This document shows positions 25,047-37,952 of a stretch of 64,000 nucleotides of DNA, in pieces; the first letter of the stretch is position 1; each line of letters begins with the position of its first letter. The stretch covers positions 1,886,164 to 1,950,163 of the forward strand of contig JALDTO010000098.1 of NCBI GenBank assembly GCA_023515725.1. Reading direction: 5' to 3'. This DNA is from Amoeboaphelidium protococcarum X5. Its lineage: Eukaryota; Fungi; Aphelidiomycota. The translations under genes and the position numbers were made by a program. Below the pieces are notes generated by a model. That model made no database searches. It had not been told where the DNA came from and saw nothing but the letters and a program-made list of their open reading frames with translations.

Positions 25047-27791
25047 ATGGGAAAGGATAAAAAAGTTGGTAAGGGAAGATTAGACAAGTATTATCACTTG
25101 GCCAAGAGTCAGGGATACAGAGCGCGTTCTGCTTTTAAACTGATACAGTTGAACAAGAAGTATGGATTTCTGGAGAAGGCGCGTGTGTTGGTTGATCTGT
25201 GTGCCAGTCCTGGTTCATGGCTGTAAGTGGCCAGTAAGTATATGCCTGTCAGCTCTATCATCATCGGTGTGGATCTCGTGCCCATCAAGCCTATTCCGCG
25301 CGTAATTACCCATACCGAAGATATCACCACAGCATCGTGTCAGTCCACTATTTAGAAGGATTTGAAAACGTGGAAAGCTGACGTTGTTCTTCACGATGGT
25401 GCGCCGAATGTCGGTTCCTCTTGGATCCAGGATGCGTATGATTAGAGCGTGTTGGTTCTGTGTGCTCTGAAGCTCGCCACTGATATTCTGACCAAAGGTG
25501 GTACGTTTGTGACCAAGGTATTTAGAAGTAGAGATTACAACAAGCTGCTGTGGATTTTGGGTCAATTTTTTGATAAGGTTGAAGCCACCAAACCTCCGTC
25601 GTCGCGTAACGTGTCTGCCGAGTTGTTCGTTGTCTGTCGCGGTTTTCTGGCACCCAAGAAGATTGATGCCAGACTGTTGGATCCCAAGTATGTTTTCCAG
25701 GAAGTTGATGATGCGGCCATTGAGGATGCATAGAAGGATCAGTCTATTGATGGTGGCGATAAAGCGTTACCGCTTCTGAGCACCAAGTCTGCCATGGATG
25801 AGTTGATGAATCCAGTGAAGAATGATAAGAAGCGTAAGAGAGAAGGTTACGAAGATGGTAATTAGTTGTTATTCAAGAAGACTTCAGTGTTGGATTTTCT
25901 GAATTGTAAGAAGGATTCTGAGGCTGTGTAGATTCTGGCTTCTTATAATTAATTATCCTTTGAAGAGTAGGCGGATAAAATTGTTGCCGCTGATGATGAT
26001 GAAGATGAGGATGATCATTAATCTGCTATTGCTCTATCCAAGGTTCTGATCAATCCTCTGACTACGCCTGAAATTCAATCTTGTTGTGCTGATTTGAAAG
26101 TATTGGGACGTAAGGAGTATAGACACCTGTTGAAGTGGCGTAAGAATATTCGCGCGTTACTGCTGTCCTAATAGCAGTAGTAACAGGAAGATGCGAATTA
26201 AGACGAGGTTAAAGAATCCAGTGAAGTTAATAACAGCGATGAGTTAAAGAAGGAGATCACTGAGATTGAAGCATTGGAGGAAATGGTGGCTAAAGAGATT
26301 GTGAGTGAGAAGAGAAAGAAGAAGAAGAGATTGGAGAAACTGGCCAAGGATAGGCGTCGTATACAGTTGAACATGATTACTCCTCAGGATATTGCATTAG
26401 ATGCAGCTAATGACAGTTTGGCCTTTGCCGATGAGTTCAACCTGGACGGTGCAGAGCCTCAGAATAGCTCATTATTTGACTTGCGCCAGATGAAGGACTT
26501 GAAAAAAGTTCCGCAAGAGTTTGTTAAAGCCGATGATGTGGATGAAGATTATTCTTCAGATGAGGAGGAGGAAGATGGTGCTCATGACTTTTCAGATGCT
26601 AGTGATGGCAATGATTCAGATAGCGACTATGATAGATTGAATGAGATTGAGGCGAATTTGGATAACATGTATGATGAATATATGTAAAAGTAGATTGCTA
26701 AAGATCCCAAGTTGCTGATTAAAAAGAAGCGGGCTTAAGAAGAAGAGTTTACAGAATTTAAAGGCTCTGATTCTGATTCTGACAATGATGATGATGACAC
26801 GGCTTCCATTAAATCTGAATCTGAAGCTTCTCTATCTGGTGAAATGTCTGAGGATTTCTAGGATGAGTCTGTTATTGAGAAAGAGGAAGTATAGCCTGTA
26901 GTGAAGACTAAATCTGATCTCATCAGGGAGAAGAATGCAAGTATGTTCTTCAAGAACTCAATTTTTGATGATGCTGATATAGACTAGTCTGAATCCGAGC
27001 CTGAGGTGTTAGACGAGGAACTTGCTTCTAGCTCCAAGTAGAAGAAGCTTAAAGGCGCGTAATGCTCTAAGATCCAGTAAGAGTTGTCAGAAGGAGAAGA
27101 CGATTAGGACTAGGAAGAGTTGAAGGTGAGAGAAAGGGAATAGAAGGCTGAGTAGATTAGAAAGATCTTGGACTCTCCTTAGGCTGTTTAAATTGCTATA
27201 GAAATGATCCAGGATGGTGGCAGAAAGAAGGAGGACGTGCTGGAGGACTACGGTTACACAAGGTACTCTAATTTTGGTCTGGACGATGATAGTCTTCCAT
27301 CTTGGTTCAAAGATGATGAGTTAAGATTTAATCAGCCAGTCAGGCACCAAGATGTCACCAAGGAGGCCGTGCAGATCTATAAAGATCGTTAAAAAGCTCT
27401 TAACCAGAAGCCAATTAAGAAGGTGGCTGAGGCCAAAGCACGTAAGAAGTACAAGTCTACGAAGAAGCTGGACAAATTGAAATAGAAGATGAATGCCATG
27501 TTGGACGATGATCTCAACGACAGCAGCAAAAGTGCCGCCCAGTCCGGGTATGATCCAGAAATGGCCACAAAGCTATCAGAGATGCAGAAAATGCTACGTA
27601 ATGCGGCAAGGAAATCTAAAGAGTCTCAGAAGCGCAAGGTGGAGCTTGTGGTTGCCAAAGGAAATAACAGAGGTAAGAAGGGCCGTCCATCTGGAGTGAA
27701 AGGTCGTTATAAGATGGTTGATCCGCGCATGAAGAAGGAGTTAAAGGCTGTAAAGAGAAAAGAGCGTGAGACAAAGCGCAAGAGAAAGTGA
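25047..27791 (+). CDS. SPB1: rRNA 2'-O-methyltransferase Spb1/FTSJ3
   Basis: [71 protein letters not shown]-terminal [15 protein letters not shown]. Confidence 0.97.
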
Positions 27792-27853
27792 GACTCTTTA
27801 TGAATACAGAGAACATCTATATAGTTGACATCATATTATAAACCTTATTATCA

Positions 27854-29653
27854 TCATACGAATATCACTTCTAATCTAACTATACCTTTCTATTCTATCA
27901 ATCTTCTTACTTTTGAATCAGAATCTACAGCTTAGTCACCATACAGCGCCTCTCTCTGAGTAATGTCAACAGGATAGATGCGATGAATCTTTAGATTACG
28001 CGCAGACTTGAAAAAATCTGGACGATGTCCATCCCATATTGGCGTGTATAGATCACTTGCAGACTAAGAAGTAGTTTTAATTACATCAACACCCTTATAA
28101 AATGTGCTTTACGCCGCCAGAGATCCAAAAAGCTTCAAAATCTTGCTATAGAACTCATCAACTGAGATATTGTCTAAATCTGTCGGTACTAATAGATTGT
28201 GATAATAAAATCTTCCACGCTCACGAATCATAATTCGCCTTTACACTTGCCCATTTTAACGGCATTAGTTAGCCGTCTATGATAACTATTCAGAGTCCAG
28301 AGATTTCGTAACAGTTTTATGACTGTCTTGAGTCGCCAAATGAATGCACAGTCTACACTCAGAATGTACGACAGCCATGTCTACCAATGCCGCAAATTTG
28401 CGTCCAAGTCCAATCTACTTGTACTTAATCATTTGCATGTACATATCAGGATTCCTTGCTAAATATTGGATCAACTTCACCACCTTAGGCAGTGCATCAA
28501 GCGATGGTATACAAATAAGCCCGCCACCGAGAATCTGAGTATAATCCTGTTAATCTTGTTCATCAATATCTGGATCAACCTTGAGAGTAAGAGTTTCATC
28601 GATGGGATCAAAGTCCATAATATTATTAGCTCCAATAACAATGGGAACAGAACCAGCTACAATGGCCTGTAAATACTTCTCAGTGACATAATCATCTTCA
28701 AAAGAGTTTTCAAAAGCCAGCGTGAATGGTGTCTATTCCAAAACATTCATCTTTGACTGCCAATCACTTGGTAGGCTAGGAGACTGCGGAAAACAGCGAC
28801 CATACGTGGAGACAGGAACGCCAAGTTGAATGAGCTTATTAACAGCCTCAAGACGGAAAGTATTAGCCGCACAATTTGATATTACAGCCACAGCCAGAGG
28901 TGCCAAATCTCCTGGTGACTGATGCTTACCATCACTAAGCCGTTTCAGATATTCTGCGTATTGTTTCAGCGCCGCCAGTCGTTTCTGAAGCACAGCGTCG
29001 TCAATCGGTTTCATGAACTGATACTCTGCATACGAGAAGTAGCCCACCGGGACATCACTGTCCAGACGCGGAGTCATTGCTACACGAATACCTCGCTCGT
29101 GCACAGCTTTCGGGTGAGTGTTTGGGTAGTACACTGATGATTCCATGGTCTGGGAAATGTCCACATTCATCTATGCATCAGGATCATGAAACGGCTGAGG
29201 AGTATGTACACAGGGAACAGAACATTGAGGAGTCGAGTAAGAGCCGGTCTAAATCGTCACTGGCTATGAGGTATAGTTGCGAGCATAAGAAATGGGAAAT
29301 TTCGCCAGCATCTCTGTGCAACTTAGAATTTAATCTTTGGTATCCACATTGCTTTACACTATTATTGACTCGGTATCCTCGTTAACGGCCGTCTTCTAAC
29401 TCTTTAAATCTTCAGCGCCCACAATATCCGAAACGGTTCCATCAATTTCTTCAGAGTCGAAGCCACTGCCAAAATCGAATTCTTCTTCGTCGTCGTACAA
29501 TAATTGATCATCTACCAGCGGTAAGGGCTCCTTTTATCTTTACAGAACCAAGGTGGAAAGTCCATTGAAAATGATAAATATCACGGCTACCACCAGATAA
29601 AGTTTTTTCCCTTTCAGGGAATATGATACATGATTATACAAAGATCTAGCCAT
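27854..29653 (-). CDS. GT10 alpha-1,3-fucosyltransferase of the plant core (N-glycan) FucT type
   Basis: Type II TM at N-terminus; [43 protein letters not shown]...[32 protein letters not shown]-terminus LEVIFV*. Confidence 0.88.
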
Positions 29654-30016
29654 AATATTGTGTGATAGATTAACCTTGTCTCAACTTATTCTGATGTTTG
29701 ATTACATTCAAAAAGTAGAAAGAATTGAGTTTGTATGAATGGTGGACTTGTCTGAAACATTTTATTAGGTTCACGCTTATATAGCTAGCTTTACATTCAA
29801 TTACTTATGAATTAAAAGAGTAAAATATTCCAACTCTGATAGGACCACAAATGCCGCGCCCTTTCTAACGTACTCACTCACTTAATAACTGAGCGAGTCT
29901 CGTTGCGATCGACGACGAGACTTCAACCAATCGCCTCGCCGTTTGAAAGTTCATCTTTTCTGTCTTCTAAAAAACCATCGCGCGCTTTTATCGTAATTTA
30001 TTTAGCATTCATCACA

Positions 30017-31288
30017 ATGATCATCAATACTGTCGGTGTAGTGTGCCTATTTATTGCGTCAAGCTTGGCTCAAATTAACGCTGATTGCATTAATTAGCCA
30101 GAGAGTGAAGAATGTAAATACTACGAGTATCCGCTGGACAGAGCGAATGCAGATCTTGATAATTTGTGCAATGCTATGGGATGGATGCCTGGCTGTTCAC
30201 TGAGAAAGTATTGCATCTCTAGTGGCAATAGTAATGGCGGCAGTGATAAATTGGACGTTTGTCATCCAATGTCTTTACTAAATGAAATTTGTGTCAGCGA
30301 TAATATGGCGGGCATGAAGGGATGTGCCAGCTATAACACTCTGTGTGCCAAGACATCTGCCGTGCAGCAATGCAAGTATTACGCTAGCTCTTCCCGCCTT
30401 CCTTCAACGCGTCTGATATAAAAATATTTGAAGGATATTTGCGCTGATGGTCATATGGAAGACTGTGCTATGGTTACTAATGATAAGTGTAATATTTTCA
30501 CTGGACCGCGACGTGGATGTGATCTTCTTACAGTGTATGGTCGCTTGTGCAGAGATATGGACACTATGGCTGGGTGTAGATACTACAATGAAATTCAGTG
30601 TTCTGCAGACTCGAAGTTGAGATAAGTGGCGGGAGTATGTGGAAGTAGTAATGGTGGTGGTGGTGGTCACGATGGAGGTGAGGATGATCCATTTGCTGAT
30701 GCTCCCGTCTATTATCCTCCAATGAGAATGTATTTCCATTTCGGAGAGACTGAGATTATATTGTTTAAAGCTTGGACACCGCGCTCATCTGCTACATACT
30801 GGTTCAGTTTTGTGGCTATTTTGCTGCTTGGTATACTAACAGATTTGATTCCTATTGTAAGATCTTTTCTAAAGTACCGCTTTGCATTAAATTAATTGCA
30901 AAATGATTCAAAGAAGTATTCTGGTGAATCTTCCTCTCTTATTAGTAATAATGGAGACGTTAATGGTGAAGACATTGGAAATACGCGAGTGGCAATTACC
31001 TAAAGTGCGATGGACGATCTAATCAACTTTTGTCTCAGTGTGATGGAGACTACGCTGTCTTACGGACTGATGCTTATTGCAATGACTTTTAATGTTGGCT
31101 TATTTGTCGCTGTCATCCTGGGCTTGAGTCTTGGATCCACCTTTTAGAATTGGGCTGTGAGATGGCTGAATCGTAAGTATCAAGGTATGGCTTTACTGAC
31201 TGATGATAATGGTAAATTAACTTTACATAAGAGCAGTAGTGGAAGCTCCCTCTTCACTGCTGTCAGGAGCAAAGGCTGCGGATGCTGA
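30017..31288 (+). CDS. CTR-family copper transporter with signal peptide and Cys-Met-rich ectodomain
   Basis: MRMYFHFG...ILFKAW; TLSYGLMLIAMTFNVGLFVAVILGLSLG (MxxxM, GxxxG); C-terminal CGC; repeats CNAMGWMPGC, MAGMKGC, CRDMDTMAGC. Confidence 0.9.
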
Positions 31289-31442
31289 AAACTACTTTTA
31301 ATAGTACTTTATTTATTTATTTATCTCAATGAAAACTAGTATTTTATATGATTTAGTGATACTTTATTATTTTTTTTAAATTTCCCACAATCCTCTTTAT
31401 CTAAAATTTTCCGAGTCTAATCATAAAGAGTGACGCGTTAAG

Positions 31443-32762
31443 ATGACTTGTGAATAGTAGAACAATACTTGCGATAGATCCAAGAGACCGAGCAATGACT
31501 CGCCATTTAGACGTGCAGAAAGACTGTATAAATAGCGATAGTAACCGCTGGACATGTCTGCTGTTATTGATTTGAGAGATGTCTAACAGTCTTAAATTGA
31601 TTCTATGGGCATTGTCAAGATTTAGCTCAACGTACCTATTGACGCTGATTATTAGTTATTGGCGCGATATTTAAATACATCACCTGATACTATATAGCTA
31701 GAAGCATATCAATTTAAAAATGTACCTGGTCTGACTATAATTAGGAATGCTATGAACACTTAATTTCAAGAGGAGATGATTGAGAAATGCTTGATGGAAC
31801 AGACTCGCCATCCTAATATGACAAATCTCGATATTCACTACCAGATGCCAACAGACAAGAGTATATTCTAGCTGTATGCTGAGTAATAAATGTCGCCAGA
31901 TGTTGACTCTCCTGTAGAGATTGGTGTTAAAGATTTGTCTAATACTGAATAAGTACTAAAGACTGTTGGCTATGAAGTATCGCCTCTGAAAGACGCGTCA
32001 CCTAAACGGCCTTCAGATCTTCTTAAAAGGCTTCGATGGTGCACTATGCGACTTAGATATAACTGGTTTACCAAGCTTTATGAAGATGTAGATAATGTGA
32101 ATGTGATGGAAATAGATGATGTGCTGTAGTAGGTGTCATTCCAATTGGTTCAACTGATATCCCCTCATCTACGCGTTATACGTGGTCAAATTGGTGCAGA
32201 GCTGGGCCTTGCTGAAGAGAAGCCTGAAGTTTATGAATAGCGCCGCCTGCAGCGATAGTCATAAGGATACTCATCCGTACTTACTGCCAAGTCATCTCAG
32301 AGTATTAACAGTTGCGTAACTACTCAAGAGCCGATAGTACATGATAGCTGGTCTTATGATAGAGCCAGCCGATGGAAAGCCGAGGCTGGCATCATAAACT
32401 ATTATGGAGTAAAAGACTCTCTGACTGCTCATGTGGACCGTAGTGAAATCAATATGGAGAGTCCGCTCATCTCATACAGCTTTGGAAATTCGTGTATATT
32501 TCTCATTAGCACCGATCCGCAATGCACTGTGAATGGTCATCAAGGACCCCTACCTGTGGCGATCAAACTGGAGAGCGGAGATGTTCTATTTATGAGTGCA
32601 GAGGCCCGTAGAGCTCATCACGGCGTTCCGAGGATACTTGAGCAGTCTTGTCCACAAGATCTATTCGCGTCTAATCCTACACCATTACGAGAATTGCTTA
32701 GGGAATATGTTCAGAATGTTCGTATTAACATTAATCTCAGACAAGTATTCCCTATCGATTGA
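31443..32762 (+). CDS. ALKBH1: AlkB homolog 1 (Fe(II)/2-oxoglutarate dioxygenase)
   Basis: PFRRAERLYK, PNMTNLDIHY, RLRWCT...YNW, AEAGIINYY...LTAHVDRSE, LESGDVLFMS...RRAHHGVPRI, RININLRQV. Confidence 0.92.
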
Positions 32763-32972
32763 CGTTCTCTTTTAAATAGATTTATAGATAGTATATTCTC
32801 AATGTCTTGTTATGTTGACTATCAATGCTTTACGCAACTTTGTTGTCGTGATACAATTTACCTGCTCTTTAAGACTGGAAGGAAACTAAAGTAATCCACA
32901 TTTATAATCATTTATCATTATTACTCAACAAACATCATCACTAAACTATCGCGTATATACTGCATTCTTACC

Positions 32973-35900
32973 TCAATATAAGCCACTCTTCTTCTTCAGT
33001 TCAGTCTACTTCCATTGAGGCAGGGAGGAGTACTTTTCGTAGGACATACCAAATACCTTCTCAAAATCAGACGCATTCACATACGATTCTAATTTCTCTA
33101 AATCAACTCCGAACGGCAGAGTAGCTTTATCACTTACAAATCCTTTGATTTCTGCCAGTGAGTACTTCTTTTCATTAATATACTGGCCGGCTTCACGCAG
33201 AGTTATACCCGATGGCCAATTGTCAGGATTGCGTGGTTACTCTTGCCAAGCTCCAAATTAGACTTTAAACGCACCAGTCTCAGCACCACTTTGCAAGACA
33301 TACGAATTCTTATCACTGAGCCTACCATCTTCTCTACCTCCAACATACTCTGCATACTTTTGAGCAGTCTCAATCGCCAATCTGATATCTCTGAATCCGG
33401 ATGCAGTGTTCTTTGACGCGGCGACATCTAATCCAGCCTTCTTGGCGCTACTATCACCTAGAGGACTTTGTGCCACGTTCTTTCTACCAACCTGTGCTCC
33501 AATCCATACAAATAAGTTAAAGTAGGTATCCATAATGTATACACAGTCATCTTACAAATCAGTTGTTGTATACGGACATATTTCGGTTGCCGTCGGATTT
33601 CCATTCACAAAATAGTTGATCTTCCACAATCTTGAGTCATACGGTGCCCCATCAGTGGAGTTTACCGTTGATGCCATAGACAAGGCGTCTTCAGGAGCAA
33701 AAGGTAGATAAGTCTTCAAATTCTTTCTGGAGCTATAAGTAGATGAAGAGTCATAACCAGCGCTGGCGCCAGAACTCAGATTGAAAGACTTCCAAAAATC
33801 AGATGGCTCACCAGCCTCTTCACACTCAACGACAGACAATCCTCTACCACCAGCCAATGATTAAGCAGCATTTTATGCGGCGTTTCTTTCCCATTCAAAA
33901 CTTCCTTTACCATACCATACATAGGCTTTACTCTTGGTCAAAACTACAAAAGAGTGGAGGGATGAGAGCATATTTGCATCTGGTTTATACAGTTCAACGA
34001 CACGACAATTATCCTCCATCGTGCTGACAGAGTGGAATATACGCAGAGGAGAAGAAATATTCGACTCTCTTTCCACAATGACTGCAGGAGAAGGAGCAAC
34101 TGCGGCTTTTGGAAGCATATCCTATATACGCTGAGGCTAATCTTTAGGGATATTACCACCTCTAATCATATTGAGGAAATGAACAGGCTCCTTGCCATCA
34201 TTGACTCGAATATGTCTAGCCTTGGCCAGAACATCCAATCTACCATCATGAGTCATTTTCTCAACCTCCAGAGAGATGTGAGCCATAAAAGCTTGATCCG
34301 ATACTGAACTATCTTGTCCGGCCCATGTATAAAGAACAGCGCTATCACGCATAGATTCGACAATATCTTCTTTATTGATCTTGATTTTCTCTGCTAACAC
34401 TTTATCAGCCATCTTGGGCGGCCTCTCCTTGAACTCATACAACATGATATAGCACTCTCGACTATTGAAGACAAACGGCTTACTCTCAGAAAATTGTCTC
34501 TCCATTGAGGTCAACATCTTCTTGTCAACCTGGACCAATTTCTACTTTGTCACATCCTGATTGCCCACATCTTTAAACCCCCAAACTCTAAGACGACTGA
34601 ATCCCCAATCTCTTTTAATCAACTCTGATGAATCAATATCCAAAGCTTCTGTATTCTTAACGATAGCCAAATTTGCACTGCTATACTTGTCGTACATTTG
34701 CATAATATCAACAGTGTTGGACTTCTTGATATCAGCTCCTCTATCATATACACGCCACTCCTTATCCTTCGCTTTAATATTACTCATTGCTTTAACTTCC
34801 AAGACATTGCCGACATTAACCTCTTTAATGGTAGGCCAATCCTCAAACTTGGACTTGAACATTACTCTCTCAAAACGCTCGCCTTCCAAAAGCACTTAAG
34901 GCTTAAATCCAGATTTCTTAGAAGCAAGATCCTCTGCGAACTTCATAGCGCCAGACTTGTCTTGTTCATTTGCATTTTTACCAGACCAGACATAAATCTC
35001 TGACGCGCAGTCAACTATAACCACATCACTGCTGTTCAAGATTGAATGCTTCAGCTCTTTTCCGCTGGATACAACTTTCTGCGCATTATTGTTGATCCAT
35101 TTGTACGCAGAGATATGATCATTCAAATAACTTTCAAATTGCACATCATCCTCATTTGACGAGACACTTAAATCTTTAATCTGCTCGACAATATCATTTT
35201 TACTAGGTAAAGACTACTACTACGCCACTGTCTACCAGAATATAAACTCTTTTTCTTGTACAGTTCTCTCTTTAATGTTCTGCATTTCAACTAACGTAAT
35301 CTCCGCTCTACCTCCATAATCCTTGTCTTTGACCAAATTGGCCAATTCAATGGCTTTAGTTCTTCTAACGCGAGACGTTTTCTCACCGGAGAGCACAAAC
35401 AAAAGTCTAAACAATGGTCTCTCCGGGTCTTCCTTCATGTTAGAGCCCAGTTGATGAGCCGGTGACATGTCCAAGATGAAAGCGTCAGTTTGATTCAGTG
35501 ACTTTAGCTGCAGCGGTAGAACTTACAATGACACTTTCTTCTTTCCTTTCACAACCATAAGTAGAGGGACTTTTGGGCGAATCGAGCCACCTGCAGCGTT
35601 AACAAAAGTGTCATTCTTGGACCCGCGAAGCTACACAGACTTAAAGTCTTGATTTGATGCCGATGCATTCAAAGTAGGCGCCTTATACGTGTATGTAGAT
35701 TGCGGTTTATCAGGAGAAGTTCTACCAGAGCTACTGCCTAAACTTGAATTTGGTCCACTGCCGAATCTACTATATTGTCCTTTAGCTGTACTTTGCACCG
35801 GTTAAGACACACTCAAAGAGGCGTTAGAAGCAGTTACATCACTTGTGGAGGCATTCTACGACAAAGTCGCAACACTGGTATTTCCAGCCGCTCCGGAACT

Positions 35901-37304
35901 CTTTAACTTATTTCTCATTGCCAAGAATTCTGGAACATTACTTGATTGTGCTGCAGTCTTTTAAGCAGACGAAGTGGAGGTACCTGAGGTTTGAGACTTT
36001 AATCTGCTTCTCATTTCAGCTAAATCAGATGAAGATCCAGACAGACTGTCCTTAGACGGACTTCTACTATTAGAGGAAACATTTTTCAACTTTGCTCTCA
36101 AAGCACTCAGATCTGCAGAAGATCCTGAGTCTTGCTTAGATGCACCAGAATCACGTCTAATCGGAGCTTAAACATTTGATAAAACCTTCGATGATGCGAC
36201 CGCAGGCTCAGTTTTCTTTAGCTAATAAACAACCTCGACCTGACGTTGAGGTGTAGTGACCGGAACCGGACTTTCAGCTCCTGCCTTGAAAGAAGCAGCT
36301 GGATTGATTTTGCCAACGGGATTCACCCTAGAAGGAGGTAATTGCGGAATCTTTGCAGCCTTCTCACTCTCCTTCTATTACTGATCGATCTTACTCTTTA
36401 CGAAGCCAGATTCTTTATCGCTTTCTTTCGATAAAACTACACCTGATGTATCCTTGTCGTCAGTATCCTTCTTAGCCGCCACAGCTGATGATGCCGTTGG
36501 CTTTAACTTGCTACGAAAGTCCAAGAACTCGGCCTTATCGCCGCTTGATTTATCACTGGTGCCACTAGACACACTAGTACCGCCTGATGGAGCAGACGAT
36601 GGAGTCGTAGTCTTTTTCAACTCTTTGCCAGCTCCCAAACCAACCAGCTTAAACCCACCGAACGTCTTTTTGGATGGAGAAGATTGTGTAGAATTCGCAG
36701 ACGAGGACTCTTGCTCGCCATCCCCTTCAACGGCCTTCTCTTTCACAGTTTCCTTTTCGCTGGCACTAACAGGAGCAGATTGAGATTCAGCCAAGTTGGA
36801 TCTTATAGCAGAGGAAGACGGCTTACCTAATTTAGCCTTGGTAGGCCGAGCAGAAGTTAGATGAGACAATGGTTACACTGATTTCACCGGAAGATCTGCA
36901 AATGTTGCCTTACTGCTTTCATCATCAGCATCATCCGCATTAACAGTAGATTCATTATCATGATGAGAGGCAGAAGATGCAGATTCATCAGTAACAGCAG
37001 CTCCAATGGAATCAGACAGAGAAGATGGACTCATTGGAGAAGTGGGCATCTTACTCAATATCGGAGAATCGGAAGACATGCCAGAAACAGCCATTGGATT
37101 CATCTTTTCATCATCCCCATCATCTGATAATGGAGATTTCAGAGAGAACTACTACTGCTTTGTCGCCTACTCGATATTACTAATGGCTTAATTACGCAAA
37201 GACTACAATGAGTACTTCTTATTAGCTGGCTGCTAGATGCCATCTCCAGGCCTTTTGACAGACTGGTCTTCTTAAACCACAACATCAGATTCGATATCAG
37301 ACAT
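32973..37304 (-). CDS. Villin/supervillin-like protein: disordered N-terminus, gelsolin repeats, villin headpiece (1443 aa)
   Basis: All track fragments share one frame. Gelsolin motifs LNQTDAFILD, LNSSDVVIVDCASEIYVWSGK, DGKEPVHFL, DTYFNLFVWIG; headpiece LESYVNASDFEKVFGMS...LPQWKQTELKKKSGLY*. Confidence 0.9.
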
Positions 37305-37952
37305 TCTAACACTATCACTAAATCGATCACTATCAAAAGTTTGAATGTATAATAATCTATAAAGAGTGGACAGATAATCAATCTAGTATCTTACTTGAAT
37401 GAAGAAGATGGTGAGAGAGAAAAGGGACAATGGAAGATTTCGTTCAAACAATGAACTTTGTGAAACGGGCCGCGCCTGAAACAACAACAAATCAACAACG
37501 ATCCACTCGTCATCCATCGCCATCCGCAGTGAAGTAATTGAGATTGGTTACTACAGGGAACATTCAAGTAGAATTTAAAACTTAATTACCTCATCACTTG
37601 ACCATATATGCATGAAAAAGTTTATTGATTGGGGTGAATAAATCTACGCTGGTGCCACTGATCCGACGATGAACCGAAACACGTCATGAGAAATCAACAA
37701 ACCCAAAGATTGCAATTAATTCGATCTAGTAATGTCTATCATTACATTATAGCAAAAAAAGTTTTGTGTTTTCTAATTCAAACATTTTTGTCTTAGTTTC
37801 TATTCATCTGGTAGAATAAAAATCAAAATTTGAGCCTATTGTAAAACTTCAAAATTTCCATCCCCCTTTTTAGATACGCGACGCGCTTTTAACTTCTTCG
37901 TGAATTATTTCTATAGTTCGCGTAGTTTAGTAGCACTGCATTGATAACAATA

